A DNA stretch of 64,000 nt from Bacteroidales bacterium. GTDB taxonomy: Bacteria; Bacteroidota; Bacteroidia; Bacteroidales; WCHB1-69. A model generated the notes under the pieces. That model did no database searches, was not told the DNA's origin, and saw only the letters and a program-made list of their open reading frames with translations. How positions within the stretch are numbered: the first letter of the stretch is position 1; each line of letters starts with the position of its first letter. Made by a program: the position numbers and the translations under genes. The DNA lies in assembly GCA_045130275.1 (NCBI GenBank), contig JBGUPL010000081.1, positions 1,270 to 65,269 on the forward strand, written 5' to 3'. Below are positions 51,720 through 61,088 of this stretch, piece after piece.

Positions 51720-52403
51720 ATGAGCAAAAAAGTTTTTCAGGTTTTGGGGCTGTTTGTCTTTTTGTGTATGTTGGCCCTGACCGCCAGCGCCCAGTGGTCG
51801 TTAGGCATCAAAGGCGGGTGGGATTACACCTCCATCACGCGGTCCAACGCGGGTCGAATTGATGAAACCTATTCTCCGCTAAGCGGTTACGATGTCGGCA
51901 TACAGGCCCGTTACGGTTTCACCGACTGGTTCGCCCTCCGCGCCGACCTCAGCGTGATGCGCCGCTCCCACCGCATGGACCGCCACCTCGACTACCTCGA
52001 TTCGCTCTACACCGAGCATCATAACCTCTACCTGATGCTTCCGGTGTTGGCCGACTTCTCCTTCGGAGGCGAGCATTTCCGCGGCCATGCCATGCTCGGC
52101 GGCTATGTCGGCTATTGGCTGCAAGACCATATCAAGGGCAAAACTTACTGGATGACAGACTATTGCATGTATTACAACCCCTTTGACGAAAAGCGTCTGT
52201 TCACGCAGGAGGACCGCCGTTTCAATGCCGGATTAGTTGGAGGTCTTGGCCTGAGCTACCGTTTCACCGAGCATTGGGGCCTCAACCTCGACGCACTCTA
52301 CTACTACGACCTCGTCAGCCACCGCCGCAGCTCCCCGCACCTCCGCGACCCCCGTTACCTTAGCACGTTGTCTGTCACCTTTGGCGCATCATACGTTTTC
52401 TAG
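51720..52403 (+). CDS. outer-membrane beta-barrel (porin-family) protein
   Basis: Signal peptide, alternating strands and a C-terminal SYVF. Confidence 0.7.
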   Translation: MSKKVFQVLGLFVFLCMLALTASAQWSLGIKGGWDYTSITRSNAGRIDETYSPLSGYDVGIQARYGFTDWFALRADLSVMRRSHRMDRHLDYLDSLYTEHHNLYLMLPVLADFSFGGEHFRGHAMLGGYVGYWLQDHIKGKTYWMTDYCMYYNPFDEKRLFTQEDRRFNAGLVGGLGLSYRFTEHWGLNLDALYYYDLVSHRRSSPHLRDPRYLSTLSVTFGASYVF

Positions 52404-52441
52404 GCAATAGGCAACAGGCAACAGGCAACAGATAACAGGCG
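52403..52441. repeat. heptad array, GGCAAYA flavour
   Basis: GGCAATA GGCAACA GGCAACA GGCAACA GATAACA GGCG, starting on the TAG stop. Confidence 0.85.
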
Positions 52442-52457
52442 AATGATTTAAGACATT

Positions 52458-52500
52458 TTCCTTGAGCAGCCCCGATAGGGGCAAGAGCTTGGTAGAGCAA
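52458..52500 (+). repeat. REP-like half element TTCCTTGAGCAGCCCCGATAGGGGCAAGAGCTTGGTAGAGCAA
   Basis: Near-identical to 34280-34322. Confidence 0.8.
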
Positions 52501-52553
52501 TATGTTTCAAATGGCAATTAATCACGAATTTTGATGGATAAGAATCAAATATC

Positions 52554-53819
52554 ATGAAAAAAATCATCACAATAGTAGCAATACTCGTCCTGGTATTCAC
52601 CTCCTGCCGCAAGGAGGCCGACCACATGCCCTACATCGGCGAGAACGGCAAATTAGCCTACAGCACCTACACCGAACAGTTCGACTACCTCTGGAGAGTC
52701 CTCAGCACGGGTTATGTTTTCTGGGATGTCGATACCACCGACTGGGATGCGATGTACGAACGTTATCTTCCTGCATTCCAAAAACTTGATGAAAAGTACG
52801 AACAACAGGGTTACGTGCCGACGGATGAGTTGCAGACCCTCTATACGGGCTTGGTGGGCGGTCTGGTTGACCATCATCTGACATTCAGAGTCAAGAATTT
52901 GCATCCGGCACCCAGTGATCAAAGCTCTGCGGTGAGTGTCACCCCGTACGCGTTGGAGATCCCCACCCGCGACTACTATTACGAGTCGGCTGGCGAAGAA
53001 AATCAGGGAATCCAAATTTTCCTGCAAAACATTGAGAATCAATATACTGTCGAAACGCACGAGTCGTGCGTGGCGTATGCACCCGAGTTAGGGATGACCA
53101 TCACATACCACTATATCCTTTTCCGTTTGCCTGACGGTCGGAAGATTCCCTACCTGTGGCAGTCTTCGGCGGGTATCACGCCGGTGATGCTTCAAGGGGG
53201 CGATGGGGCGCGGTTGTTGGACCACTACTTCCGGGCCATTATGGAGACTCCCCGCGAGCAGTTGGCCGGCATCATCCTCGACAACCGCTGCAACCGAGGC
53301 GGCTACCAGGACGATCTTGACTACTTGGTCGGCAGTTATCTCAACCAGAAAACGGAGATTATCAAAACGCGTTACAAAGAAGGCCCTGGTCGTTACGAAT
53401 ATTCCCCGTGGACTTCTTATTGCCAGAGCCCGATTACTCGCTACCATCGTGATATCACGGCGGAAAACATCCCATACGTTGTGCTTTGCGATATCAATTC
53501 GGTGAGTATGGGTGAAATCGAGCCGATGGTCATCAAGGCGGTGCTGCCCACGGCGCATACCATCGGCGAGCGCACGCACGGCGGCACGGGACCGCTGCAG
53601 CCTGCCAACTGCATCGACCTCAACTACGGCGGTCCGTTCGGAACTTCGAATCTGTCTGTGGGACACTACGTCTATACCTCCACCTTCGAGGCGCAGATCA
53701 GCGGCAAAGTCTGGGAGGGCATCGGCCACACCCCCGACGAGATCGTCCTCCGCAAAGACCACAACGGCGATTTCAAACCGCAATTGGACGCGGCGTTGGA
53801 ATATATTATCGGCTATTAA
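52554..53819 (+). CDS. S41-family peptidase-like lipoprotein
   Basis: Lipobox FTSC. DNRCNRGGY and a later INSVSMGE...K pattern resemble the S41 Ser/Lys region. The call is moderate. Confidence 0.55.
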   Translation: MKKIITIVAILVLVFTSCRKEADHMPYIGENGKLAYSTYTEQFDYLWRVLSTGYVFWDVDTTDWDAMYERYLPAFQKLDEKYEQQGYVPTDELQTLYTGLVGGLVDHHLTFRVKNLHPAPSDQSSAVSVTPYALEIPTRDYYYESAGEENQGIQIFLQNIENQYTVETHESCVAYAPELGMTITYHYILFRLPDGRKIPYLWQSSAGITPVMLQGGDGARLLDHYFRAIMETPREQLAGIILDNRCNRGGYQDDLDYLVGSYLNQKTEIIKTRYKEGPGRYEYSPWTSYCQSPITRYHRDITAENIPYVVLCDINSVSMGEIEPMVIKAVLPTAHTIGERTHGGTGPLQPANCIDLNYGGPFGTSNLSVGHYVYTSTFEAQISGKVWEGIGHTPDEIVLRKDHNGDFKPQLDAALEYIIGY

Positions 53820-53846
53820 CTATTAGCTTTTGGCTATTAGCCAATT
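53811..53846. repeat. heptad arm (GGCTATTAACTATTAGCTTTTGGCTATTAGCCAATT) covering the stop codon
   Basis: Complementary in type to 53892-53920. Confidence 0.7.
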
Positions 53847-53891
53847 CCCCTGGCCCTCTTAATAGGGTAGTTTGCTTTTGCATGCCAATTG

Positions 53892-53920
53892 CAAATAGCC
53901 AACAGCCAATAGCCAAAAAA
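53892..53920. repeat. heptad arm (AAATAGCCAACAGCCAATAGCCAAAAAA)
   Basis: Inverted partner of 53811-53846. Confidence 0.7.
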
Positions 53921-53923
53921 TAG

Positions 53924-53931
53924 TATCTTTG
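53924..53931 (+). promoter_or_regulatory. -7 promoter box TATCTTTG
   Basis: 43 nt upstream of the ATG at 53974. Confidence 0.6.
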
Positions 53932-53973
53932 CCGTCGCATTTTCGAAATACAGTAATAAAAACGTCAAATAAT

Positions 53974-55371
53974 ATGAACCCCTTATTCGAACCCCAGGTT
54001 TATCAGAACAGAAGAGAGAAACTGACGGCGGCTGTCAAGAACGGTATCGCCGTGTTTTTGGGCAACCATGAAGCCCCGATGAACTATCCCGACAATACCT
54101 ATAACTTCCGTCAGGACAGTGATTTCCTCTATTTCTTCGGACTTTCCATCGCCGACATCGCGGCCGTCATCGACTTCGATGCGCACCAGTCGATCATTTT
54201 CGGCAACGACTTCACCATCGACGACATCATCTGGATGGGCGATCAACCGACGATTGCCTCTTTGGCCGAGAAGGTTGGCGTGACGGAGACCCGTCCGTTC
54301 GCGCAGCTCGCTGAGTTCATCCAGCAGGCTCAGGCACAGGGTCGCAAGGTGCACTTCACCCCGCAATATCGCGGCGACAACCAGATCCTGATGGCCAACC
54401 TTACCGGCGTTGATGTCAACCACATTCGCGAGGCCGCCTCTTTGGACCTGATCATGGGCATCGTGAACCTTCGTTCCGCGAAGGAGCAGTGCGAAATCGA
54501 TGAGATGGACAAGGCCTGCGAGATTGGTGTGAAGATGCACACCGCCGTGATGCGTCGCTGCGTGGAGGGTGAGTCCGAGCGCGAACTGGCCGGCTTGGCA
54601 GAAGGCATTGCCCTGTCGTACGGCAACGGCATCTCTTTCCCCGTGATTCTGTCGCAACATGGCGAAACGCTGCACAACCACCTGCACAACGGCATCTTGA
54701 AGGCCGGTAATATGCTGCTGATGGACGCAGGTGCGGAAGGACTGATGAACTACTGCTCCGACTACACGCGCACGCTGCCTGTGAACGGCAAGTTCACCCA
54801 GAAACAGCAGGAGATATATGAAATCGTGCTGAAGGCCAACCTGGATGCCATCGACGCGGCGCACCCGGGTATGTACAATAAAGAACTGCACCGTCTCTCT
54901 TGTGAGGTTATCGCCCAGGGACTCAAAGACTTGGGTTTGATGAAAGGCGATGTAAAGGAGGCCGTGGAGTTGGGCGCACACGCTCTTTTCATGGTGCACG
55001 GCTTGGGTCACCAAATCGGTTTGGATGTGCACGATATGGAAGGTCTGGGGCAGATTTACGTCGGCTACGACGACACCGTGCGTCCGAGCAACATCTTCGG
55101 ATGGGCGTCGTTGCGCATGGCTCGCGAGCTGAGACCGGGTTTCGTGGTTTCCATTGAGCCGGGCATCTACTTCATCCCGCACCTCATCGACATCTGGAAG
55201 AAGGAGAACAAGTTCGCCGACTTCATCAACTACGATGTGGTGGAGAAATACCGCGACTTCGGCGGAATCCGCATCGAGGACGACCTGCTGATCACCGAAA
55301 CCGGTCACCGCGTATTGGGTCCGCACTTGCCGAAGGGCGTCGATGAACTGGCGGCAATCATTGGAAAATAA
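53974..55371 (+). CDS. pepP: Xaa-Pro aminopeptidase (M24B)
   Basis: Start set at MNPLFEPQVY. Metal ligands in HGLGHQIGLDVHD, EPGIY and IRIEDD. Confidence 0.88.
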   Translation: MNPLFEPQVYQNRREKLTAAVKNGIAVFLGNHEAPMNYPDNTYNFRQDSDFLYFFGLSIADIAAVIDFDAHQSIIFGNDFTIDDIIWMGDQPTIASLAEKVGVTETRPFAQLAEFIQQAQAQGRKVHFTPQYRGDNQILMANLTGVDVNHIREAASLDLIMGIVNLRSAKEQCEIDEMDKACEIGVKMHTAVMRRCVEGESERELAGLAEGIALSYGNGISFPVILSQHGETLHNHLHNGILKAGNMLLMDAGAEGLMNYCSDYTRTLPVNGKFTQKQQEIYEIVLKANLDAIDAAHPGMYNKELHRLSCEVIAQGLKDLGLMKGDVKEAVELGAHALFMVHGLGHQIGLDVHDMEGLGQIYVGYDDTVRPSNIFGWASLRMARELRPGFVVSIEPGIYFIPHLIDIWKKENKFADFINYDVVEKYRDFGGIRIEDDLLITETGHRVLGPHLPKGVDELAAIIGK

Positions 55372-55403
55372 GGCTGTCACGCAGTTGAAAACAAAGGTCA
55401 CTT

Positions 55404-55955
55404 ATGGCCTCGCTTTGGCAGCTTTTCTGGTCATTTTTTAAAATCGGCACCTTCACCATCGGTGGTGGATACGCCATGATCCCGCTGATGGAGAAGGAGC
55501 TGGTTGACCGGCATCGTTGGCTTACCGGCGAGGAGTTCTTGGACATTATCGCCTTGTCGCAGACGATGCCGGGCATCTTTGCCGCGAACATGGCTGTGCA
55601 TATTGGATGGCGGATGCGAGGCGTTCCCGGGGCGGTCATCGCGTTGCTGGGTAATATCTTGGTGCCGATTCTGATTATCCTCGCCCTTGCGATGGGATTG
55701 CACTATTTACAGGGCAATGCCGTTGTGGAGGCGGTTTTCAAAGGGGTGCGCCCCGTTGTGGTTGCGCTCATCGCCGCCCCGGTGTTTCGTATGGCTAAGA
55801 CGGCCAAAATATCTTGCTATAACTTCTGGATTCCCCTAGTGGCAGTGTTGCTTATCTGGTTGCTTGGTGTCTCCCCGATTTGGGTGATTTTGGCGGCGAG
55901 CATAGGTGGTTTCATTTATGGTAAATATCTGGAAAAGAAGGAGGTGCGGTCATGA
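55404..55955 (+). CDS. chromate transporter family protein (half-size)
   Basis: FFKIGTFTIGGGYAMIPLM is the CHR family motif. Confidence 0.8.
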   Translation: MASLWQLFWSFFKIGTFTIGGGYAMIPLMEKELVDRHRWLTGEEFLDIIALSQTMPGIFAANMAVHIGWRMRGVPGAVIALLGNILVPILIILALAMGLHYLQGNAVVEAVFKGVRPVVVALIAAPVFRMAKTAKISCYNFWIPLVAVLLIWLLGVSPIWVILAASIGGFIYGKYLEKKEVRS

Positions 55956-56533
55956 TTTTCTGGAAATTGTTCTATACATTCTGCAAAATCGGCATCTTTA
56001 ACTTCGGGGGCGGATATGCTATGTTGGCACTCATCCAGAATGAAGTGGTGGAGAAAAACGGCTGGATGACTTCAGCTGAATTCACAGACATCGTGGCCAC
56101 GAGCCAGGTCACCCCCGGACCTATTGGTATCAACGTGGCTACCTATTCAGGCTATACTGCCGTGATAAACGCGGGTTACGATCCGTTTTGGGGTGTGATG
56201 GGCGCGTTTTTGGCTTCCTTTTCTGTGGTTCTCCTTCCATTTTTGCTGATGTTGATTGTCGGTCGGTTTATTTTGAAACACAAAGACAATCCTGTCATGA
56301 AGACCGTGATGTCAGTGCTTAAACTGGCTGTCGTCGGACTTATTGCCGCCGCCGCCGCTTTGCTGGTGACCCCCGAGACCTTTGGTGTATGGACAGTAAA
56401 TCCGCTGCAGTTTATCCTTAGCATTGCTCTTTTTGCCGCTGCTTTTTTCGCTTCTTTGAAATGGAAAACCAGCCCCATCCTGTTGATTGTATTGGCGGGA
56501 TCGGTGGGGTTTGTGGTGTACTACTTAATGTAG
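55952..56533 (+). CDS. chromate transporter family protein (half-size)
   Basis: FCKIGIFNFGGGYAMLALI, with an ATGA overlap to its partner. Confidence 0.8.
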   Translation: MIFWKLFYTFCKIGIFNFGGGYAMLALIQNEVVEKNGWMTSAEFTDIVATSQVTPGPIGINVATYSGYTAVINAGYDPFWGVMGAFLASFSVVLLPFLLMLIVGRFILKHKDNPVMKTVMSVLKLAVVGLIAAAAALLVTPETFGVWTVNPLQFILSIALFAAAFFASLKWKTSPILLIVLAGSVGFVVYYLM

Positions 56534-56569
56534 AATTATGAATGATTGCGCGGAAATGTAAGTCAATCC

Positions 56570-56608
56570 TTAATTCGCAAAATTCGTAAAATTCGCCGAT
56601 AATTCGCC
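56570..56608. repeat. AATTCG-type ~8-bp array
   Basis: TAATTCGC AAAATTCG TAAAATTCGCC GATAATTCGCCG, abutting the azlD stop. Confidence 0.65.
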
Positions 56609-56609
56609 G

Positions 56610-56945
56610 TTAGAAGAGTACGGGCAGCGCCAATTCCACGATGATGGCGACCAGCACCGCGACGATGGCCACGCGCACTAGGCCGCGGTCGCGCCAGGCC
56701 ATGATGATAGCCACTGCTGTGGCGACGACGGCGGAGACCGAGATGTGCGGTTCCACCCCGGTGGCCGTGGTAGAGTAGAGCACATCGGGGAAGGTCATTG
56801 CTGAAAGCACACAAAACGGGATGTAATAGATGAAGTCCTGAATCCATTCGTTTTCCAGCTTTCGCCGCACGAACCCGATGGGGATCACGCGGATGAGGTA
56901 GGTGGTCAGGAACATTAAGAACATGCAAATAATCAGATAGCTCAT
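56610..56945 (-). CDS. azlD: branched-chain amino acid exporter small subunit AzlD
   Basis: 111 aa with 4 TM helices. Overlaps and follows azlC. Confidence 0.75.
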   Translation of the reverse strand: MSYLIICMFLMFLTTYLIRVIPIGFVRRKLENEWIQDFIYYIPFCVLSAMTFPDVLYSTTATGVEPHISVSAVVATAVAIIMAWRDRGLVRVAIVAVLVAIIVELALPVLF

Positions 56946-57682
56946 GCTTCACTCCTTTCTGCCGCGAGGGCGGCTTTGCGACGACGTTTCACTTCTTTGA
57001 TGCTTGCGCAGATGGCGGCACCGAGAATGGCTGCAGTAATGATGGACCAGCCGCCGCCACCCACTTTTGAGAGCGCGTTGATGCCGGGCACATATTTGAA
57101 AATGCATGACAAGGCAGCCGCTACCACCACCGCAAGTGCCACCTTGCGGCTCTTACGAGCCGGTGGAATGATGATGGCGATGAACATGCAGTAGAGTGCG
57201 ATGCCCATGCAGCCCTGCATCATCGGGGATAGCAGGTTTGAGGCGATGGCACCTAACAAAGTGCCTGAGGTCCAGCCTAATATGGGTGTCAGCATCAGAC
57301 CGCCGAAGAACGGGAAACTCACCTCGTCGGGTTCCATGGCCGCCAAGGCGAACACCTCGTCTGTGATGCAGTAGGCCATCACCGCCCGTTTGTAAAACGG
57401 CATCTCCGGATCCACCTTCTGTGACAGTGAAAGCGACATCAGAAAATAGCGCAAGTTGATAACGAATGTGGTGATTATCAATTCGATATAGGCAGCTCCT
57501 CCCTCAATCAGACGAATGCCGGCGAACTGACCGGCGGAGGCCATGTTGGTCAGGGAAATCAACGTCGCCTGCAACGGCGAGAACCCCATCTTAACAGCTA
57601 TCAACCCGAAGGTAAAAGACACAGGAATATACCCCAAACAGATGGGAAATCCGCGCTTTATACCTCTAACAAATTCATTCAT
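56942..57682 (-). CDS. azlC: branched-chain amino acid exporter AzlC
   Basis: GIKRGFPICLGYIPVSFTFG is the AzlC N-terminal motif. Confidence 0.8.
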   Translation of the reverse strand: MNEFVRGIKRGFPICLGYIPVSFTFGLIAVKMGFSPLQATLISLTNMASAGQFAGIRLIEGGAAYIELIITTFVINLRYFLMSLSLSQKVDPEMPFYKRAVMAYCITDEVFALAAMEPDEVSFPFFGGLMLTPILGWTSGTLLGAIASNLLSPMMQGCMGIALYCMFIAIIIPPARKSRKVALAVVVAAALSCIFKYVPGINALSKVGGGGWSIITAAILGAAICASIKEVKRRRKAALAAERSEA

Positions 57683-57765
57683 AAATGGTTAACGTTTTCT
57701 ATTCACCGCTGCAAATGTACACTTTATTCGGGAATTTTCGACATTCTTTTGATTATTCTTGAATA

Positions 57766-57831
57766 GGCAAAAGGCAAAAGGCAAAAGGCAATAGGCAACT
57801 GCCAACAGCTAACAGCCAACAGCCAATAGCC
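57766..57831. repeat. heptad array switching flavour (GGCAAAA x3 > GGCAATA > GCCAACA/GCTAACA x4)
   Basis: Continuous 7-bp register. Its right part encodes the last residues and the stop codon of dcp. Confidence 0.85.
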
Positions 57832-59851
57832 CGTCTCGTTCCAACAACGCGTCGATCTTCGGTTCGCGCCCACGGAAATTGATGAACATCTCCATCGCAT
57901 CGACGGAACCACCCTTGGACAAGATGGTTTCCAGATACTTTTGCGCGGTTTCCCGGTTCATCACACCATTTTCTTTGAACAGTGCAAATGCGTCAGCATC
58001 AAGCATTTCCGCCCATTTGTAGCCATAGTATCCTGCGGCGTATCCTCCGGAGAATAGGTGCCCGAAAGAGGTGCTCATGCATGCACCCGGCACCACAGGC
58101 AATACCTCTACCGTGTCGAAAACGGAGCGTTCTAGACGAAGGATATCGTCCACGTTGTCGGCTGGCATCGTGTGCCACATCATGTCAAGGTAGCCGAAAG
58201 AGAGCTGTCGAACACATAGGTAACCAGCCATAAAACGGTTGAGGTTCTTCAGTTGCGTGACGTATTCTTCCGGAATGGGTTCGCCGGTTTGGTAGTGTTT
58301 GGCGAAAGTTTTCAGAAATTCGGGTTCGGTGAGCCAGTTCTCGTTCAGTTGCGAGGGAAGCTCCACGAAATCGCGGGGCGAGTGCGTGCCCGACAGCGTG
58401 GCGTAGTTCACCTCCGACAACATCCCATTCAGCGCGTGTCCGAACTCGTGCAGGAAAGTGTTCACCTCGTCAACGGTCAGAAGGGACGGCTGTTCTGGAG
58501 TCGGGGGCGTGAAGTTCATCACAAGGCTCACCCACGGACGCACATCCTGACCGTCGGCATCCACATGCTGGTCCCGAAACTCTGTCATCCAGGCACCGCT
58601 GCGTTTGGTGCTGCGTGGGTGGAAATCCAAATAGAGCACGGCCATGAATTTTTCTTTCCGAAAAACTTCAAATACCTGAACGTCAGTATGATAAGGTTGT
58701 ATAGCGTCCGATTTCTCGAATCGTAGGTCGTAAAGGGTGGAGGCTAATCCGAAGACACCGTCAATCACTTGGTTCAGCGGGAAATAGACCTTCAGTTTCT
58801 CCATATCGAGACAGAATTTCTCTTGGCGGAGTTTTTCCATGTAGTAGCTGAGGTCCCAGCGTTGAAAGGTGCCTTCAAAACCTTGTTTCAGGGCGAATTG
58901 TTTCAGCTCTTCGATTTCGCGTTTGGCAGCGGGCAACGCGGCGGCCTTCAGGTCGTCCAAGAGTTGATATACGTGTTTCAGGTCCTTGGCCATACGGTTA
59001 CGCAATGCATAGTCGGCATAATGTTGATAACCAAGAAGATGCGCTATTTCTTCGCGGCATTTCAGAATGGTCTTGATATTCTCGCAGTTGTCGAATTCCC
59101 CGCCAAATGCTTTGGCGCTGGAGTGCAAATAGACCTCTTCACGCAAGGAACGGTCGTCAGCGTAAGTCAGCACGGTGTTCACATCGGGGGCGGAAAGATC
59201 GAAGACGTAGCCGTCCAGCCCTTTGTCGGCAGCTTTCCCGGAGGCTATGGCACGGGCGCTTTCGGGGATTCCGGCCAGACGCGGCGAGTCTTTCTCGAGG
59301 TGTATGAACCAGGCGTTTGTGGCTTTCAGCGCGCGTTGCCCAAAATCTAACTGCCGGTTGGCCAGTTCCATGCTCAGTTCACGATAGCGCTCTTTCTCTT
59401 TTTCCGCAAGGTTGGCGCCGCCCGACACGAATGCGTCGTAGGTTTTGTCTAACAGGATTTTTTCCGCGCCTTGCAAAGCGTTGTCCTGTTGCTGTTTTTC
59501 GTGAACGGCTTTCACCCGTGCGAAAAGTCCGGGGTGCTGATAGACTTCGTTCTCGTACTGGACTAACAGCGGCTGCACTTTCTCGGCAGTGGCCTGCATC
59601 TCGTCGTCGCCGTCGCATTCGAGGATGTTGAAGAAGAGATCGGCGATGGTGGAAAGCAGTTCGCCCGCGCGGTCTAGGGCCACCACAGTGTTTCCGAAGT
59701 CCGGCGCGGCGGGATTATTGACAATCTGTTCGATATCCTGTTTGGCTGCCGCAATAGCCTCTTCAAAGGCAGGCAGATAGTGTTCAGTTTTGATTTCGCG
59801 GAACGGCGGGGTCTGCCGCGGGGTGGTCCATTGTTTCAGTAAAGGGTTCAT
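57809..59851 (-). CDS. dcp: M3-family peptidyl-dipeptidase / oligopeptidase
   Basis: Zinc site HEFGHALNG with a downstream E. 680 aa. Confidence 0.88.
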   Translation of the reverse strand: MNPLLKQWTTPRQTPPFREIKTEHYLPAFEEAIAAAKQDIEQIVNNPAAPDFGNTVVALDRAGELLSTIADLFFNILECDGDDEMQATAEKVQPLLVQYENEVYQHPGLFARVKAVHEKQQQDNALQGAEKILLDKTYDAFVSGGANLAEKEKERYRELSMELANRQLDFGQRALKATNAWFIHLEKDSPRLAGIPESARAIASGKAADKGLDGYVFDLSAPDVNTVLTYADDRSLREEVYLHSSAKAFGGEFDNCENIKTILKCREEIAHLLGYQHYADYALRNRMAKDLKHVYQLLDDLKAAALPAAKREIEELKQFALKQGFEGTFQRWDLSYYMEKLRQEKFCLDMEKLKVYFPLNQVIDGVFGLASTLYDLRFEKSDAIQPYHTDVQVFEVFRKEKFMAVLYLDFHPRSTKRSGAWMTEFRDQHVDADGQDVRPWVSLVMNFTPPTPEQPSLLTVDEVNTFLHEFGHALNGMLSEVNYATLSGTHSPRDFVELPSQLNENWLTEPEFLKTFAKHYQTGEPIPEEYVTQLKNLNRFMAGYLCVRQLSFGYLDMMWHTMPADNVDDILRLERSVFDTVEVLPVVPGACMSTSFGHLFSGGYAAGYYGYKWAEMLDADAFALFKENGVMNRETAQKYLETILSKGGSVDAMEMFINFRGREPKIDALLERDGLLAVGC

Positions 59852-59858
59852 TTTTTAA

Positions 59859-59922
59859 AGGTTAATGGTTAATGGTTAAAGGTTAAAGGTTAATGGTTAA
59901 AGGTTAATGGTTAAAGGTTATT
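59859..59922. repeat. heptad array (GGTTAAW)x8, ending GGTTATTGAAGC
   Basis: Same flavour as 34183-34279. Confidence 0.9.
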
Positions 59923-59946
59923 GAAGCCTGATTGCTTTTCTCTTTT

Positions 59947-59980
59947 CACTGCTCACTAATCACTAATCACTAATCATCAC
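59947..59980. repeat. heptad array (CACTAAT)x3-4
   Basis: CACTGCT CACTAAT CACTAAT CACTAAT CATCAC. Confidence 0.8.
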
Positions 59981-59986
59981 AAACAA

Positions 59987-60014
59987 TATAGAGACGCCAA
60001 AACTGACGTCTCTA
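59987..60014 (-). terminator. TAGAGACG...CGTCTCTA hairpin after skp (family copy 3)
   Basis: ATAGAGACG-CCAAAACTGA-CGTCTCTAT. Confidence 0.55.
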
Positions 60015-60044
60015 TCATATATATATTACATTAACAATACGAGG

Positions 60045-60548
60045 CTATTTGATGCCTAATTCGTTGCGAACGGCGTTGGTGAGATCGTAGGAGTCGTTGT
60101 GGAAAGCGCACATGGTGATGTCAAACACATAGGTGTATTTGTCCGTTTCAGCCACTTTTTTAATGGCTTCCAGTAGTTTTTCCTGAAAAGGTTTGAGCAG
60201 TTCGATCTGCTTGGCTTGGATGTCCAGTTGGCTGGAGGAGACAAAATCTTGCAGACGTTGGTAAAGTTTCATCAGCTCGTCTTCCTTTACTTTGAGGATG
60301 GCGGTTGAGGTGGTCGTGTTGGCCAGGTTAGCATATTCCGTCTGTTTGACCTTGAATTCTTCGGCCATTTGTTGACCTACTGTTTCCAACTCCTGTTGAT
60401 ATTCCAACAGAGCGGTCTGCACGGAGTCGATGCCCGGCATCTCTTTCAAGATGGTGCCGTAGTCCACATGACCGAATTTTGCCTTTTGCGCATAACCAGT
60501 CGTGGCACAGAGTATGGCAACCGTGATTATAATAAGGAACTTTTTCAT
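60045..60548 (-). CDS. OmpH/Skp-family periplasmic chaperone
   Basis: Signal peptide, coiled-coil pattern and a C-terminal NELGIK. Confidence 0.85.
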   Translation of the reverse strand: MKKFLIIITVAILCATTGYAQKAKFGHVDYGTILKEMPGIDSVQTALLEYQQELETVGQQMAEEFKVKQTEYANLANTTTSTAILKVKEDELMKLYQRLQDFVSSSQLDIQAKQIELLKPFQEKLLEAIKKVAETDKYTYVFDITMCAFHNDSYDLTNAVRNELGIK

Positions 60549-60558
60549 CGCCCAAATG

Positions 60559-61056
60559 TTATTTAATGCCTAATTCTTTCTTGACCAGTGGAGTGATATC
60601 GTCGGACGTGCCGTAGTAAAGCAGCGTTTTTGTGTCGAAGATATACGAGTAACCGTTTGCTTTCGCCACTTTATTGATAGCTTCTTGAATGGCATCTTGG
60701 AACGGTTTGGCTAACTCGTACTGTTTGTCTTCAAGGTCATCTTGTGCGCTAGCTTGGAATTCCTGGATGCGGTTGCCGAGGTCCATGAGCTCTTTTTCGC
60801 GGACTTGACGGACGGCGGATGACATGGTGCCTACTTCGCGGTCAAATTTATCCTTCTTGGTCTGGTATTCAGACATCATATTTTCATACATAGTCTGCAA
60901 ATCTTGTTGAAAGGCCTGAAGCTTGATTTGCAGGGAGTCGATGCCGGGCATCACCTCCAGAATTTCACTTGAATTAACGTGTCCGTATTTTTGCGCGTGT
61001 GCGGCTTGTACGGAGAACAATCCGGCAATAGCCAGAATCATTAATACCTTTTTCAT
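60559..61056 (-). CDS. OmpH/Skp-family periplasmic chaperone
   Basis: Paralogue of the previous gene (KELGIK end). Confidence 0.85.
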   Translation of the reverse strand: MKKVLMILAIAGLFSVQAAHAQKYGHVNSSEILEVMPGIDSLQIKLQAFQQDLQTMYENMMSEYQTKKDKFDREVGTMSSAVRQVREKELMDLGNRIQEFQASAQDDLEDKQYELAKPFQDAIQEAINKVAKANGYSYIFDTKTLLYYGTSDDITPLVKKELGIK

Positions 61057-61088
61057 TGACTTTCTTTACTTTATGTTCTAACTAATTA

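Noticed and set aside
55404-56533. Split chromate transporter as a pseudogene
   Set aside because: Two half-size CHR genes with an ATGA overlap and intact motifs in both halves is a normal arrangement.
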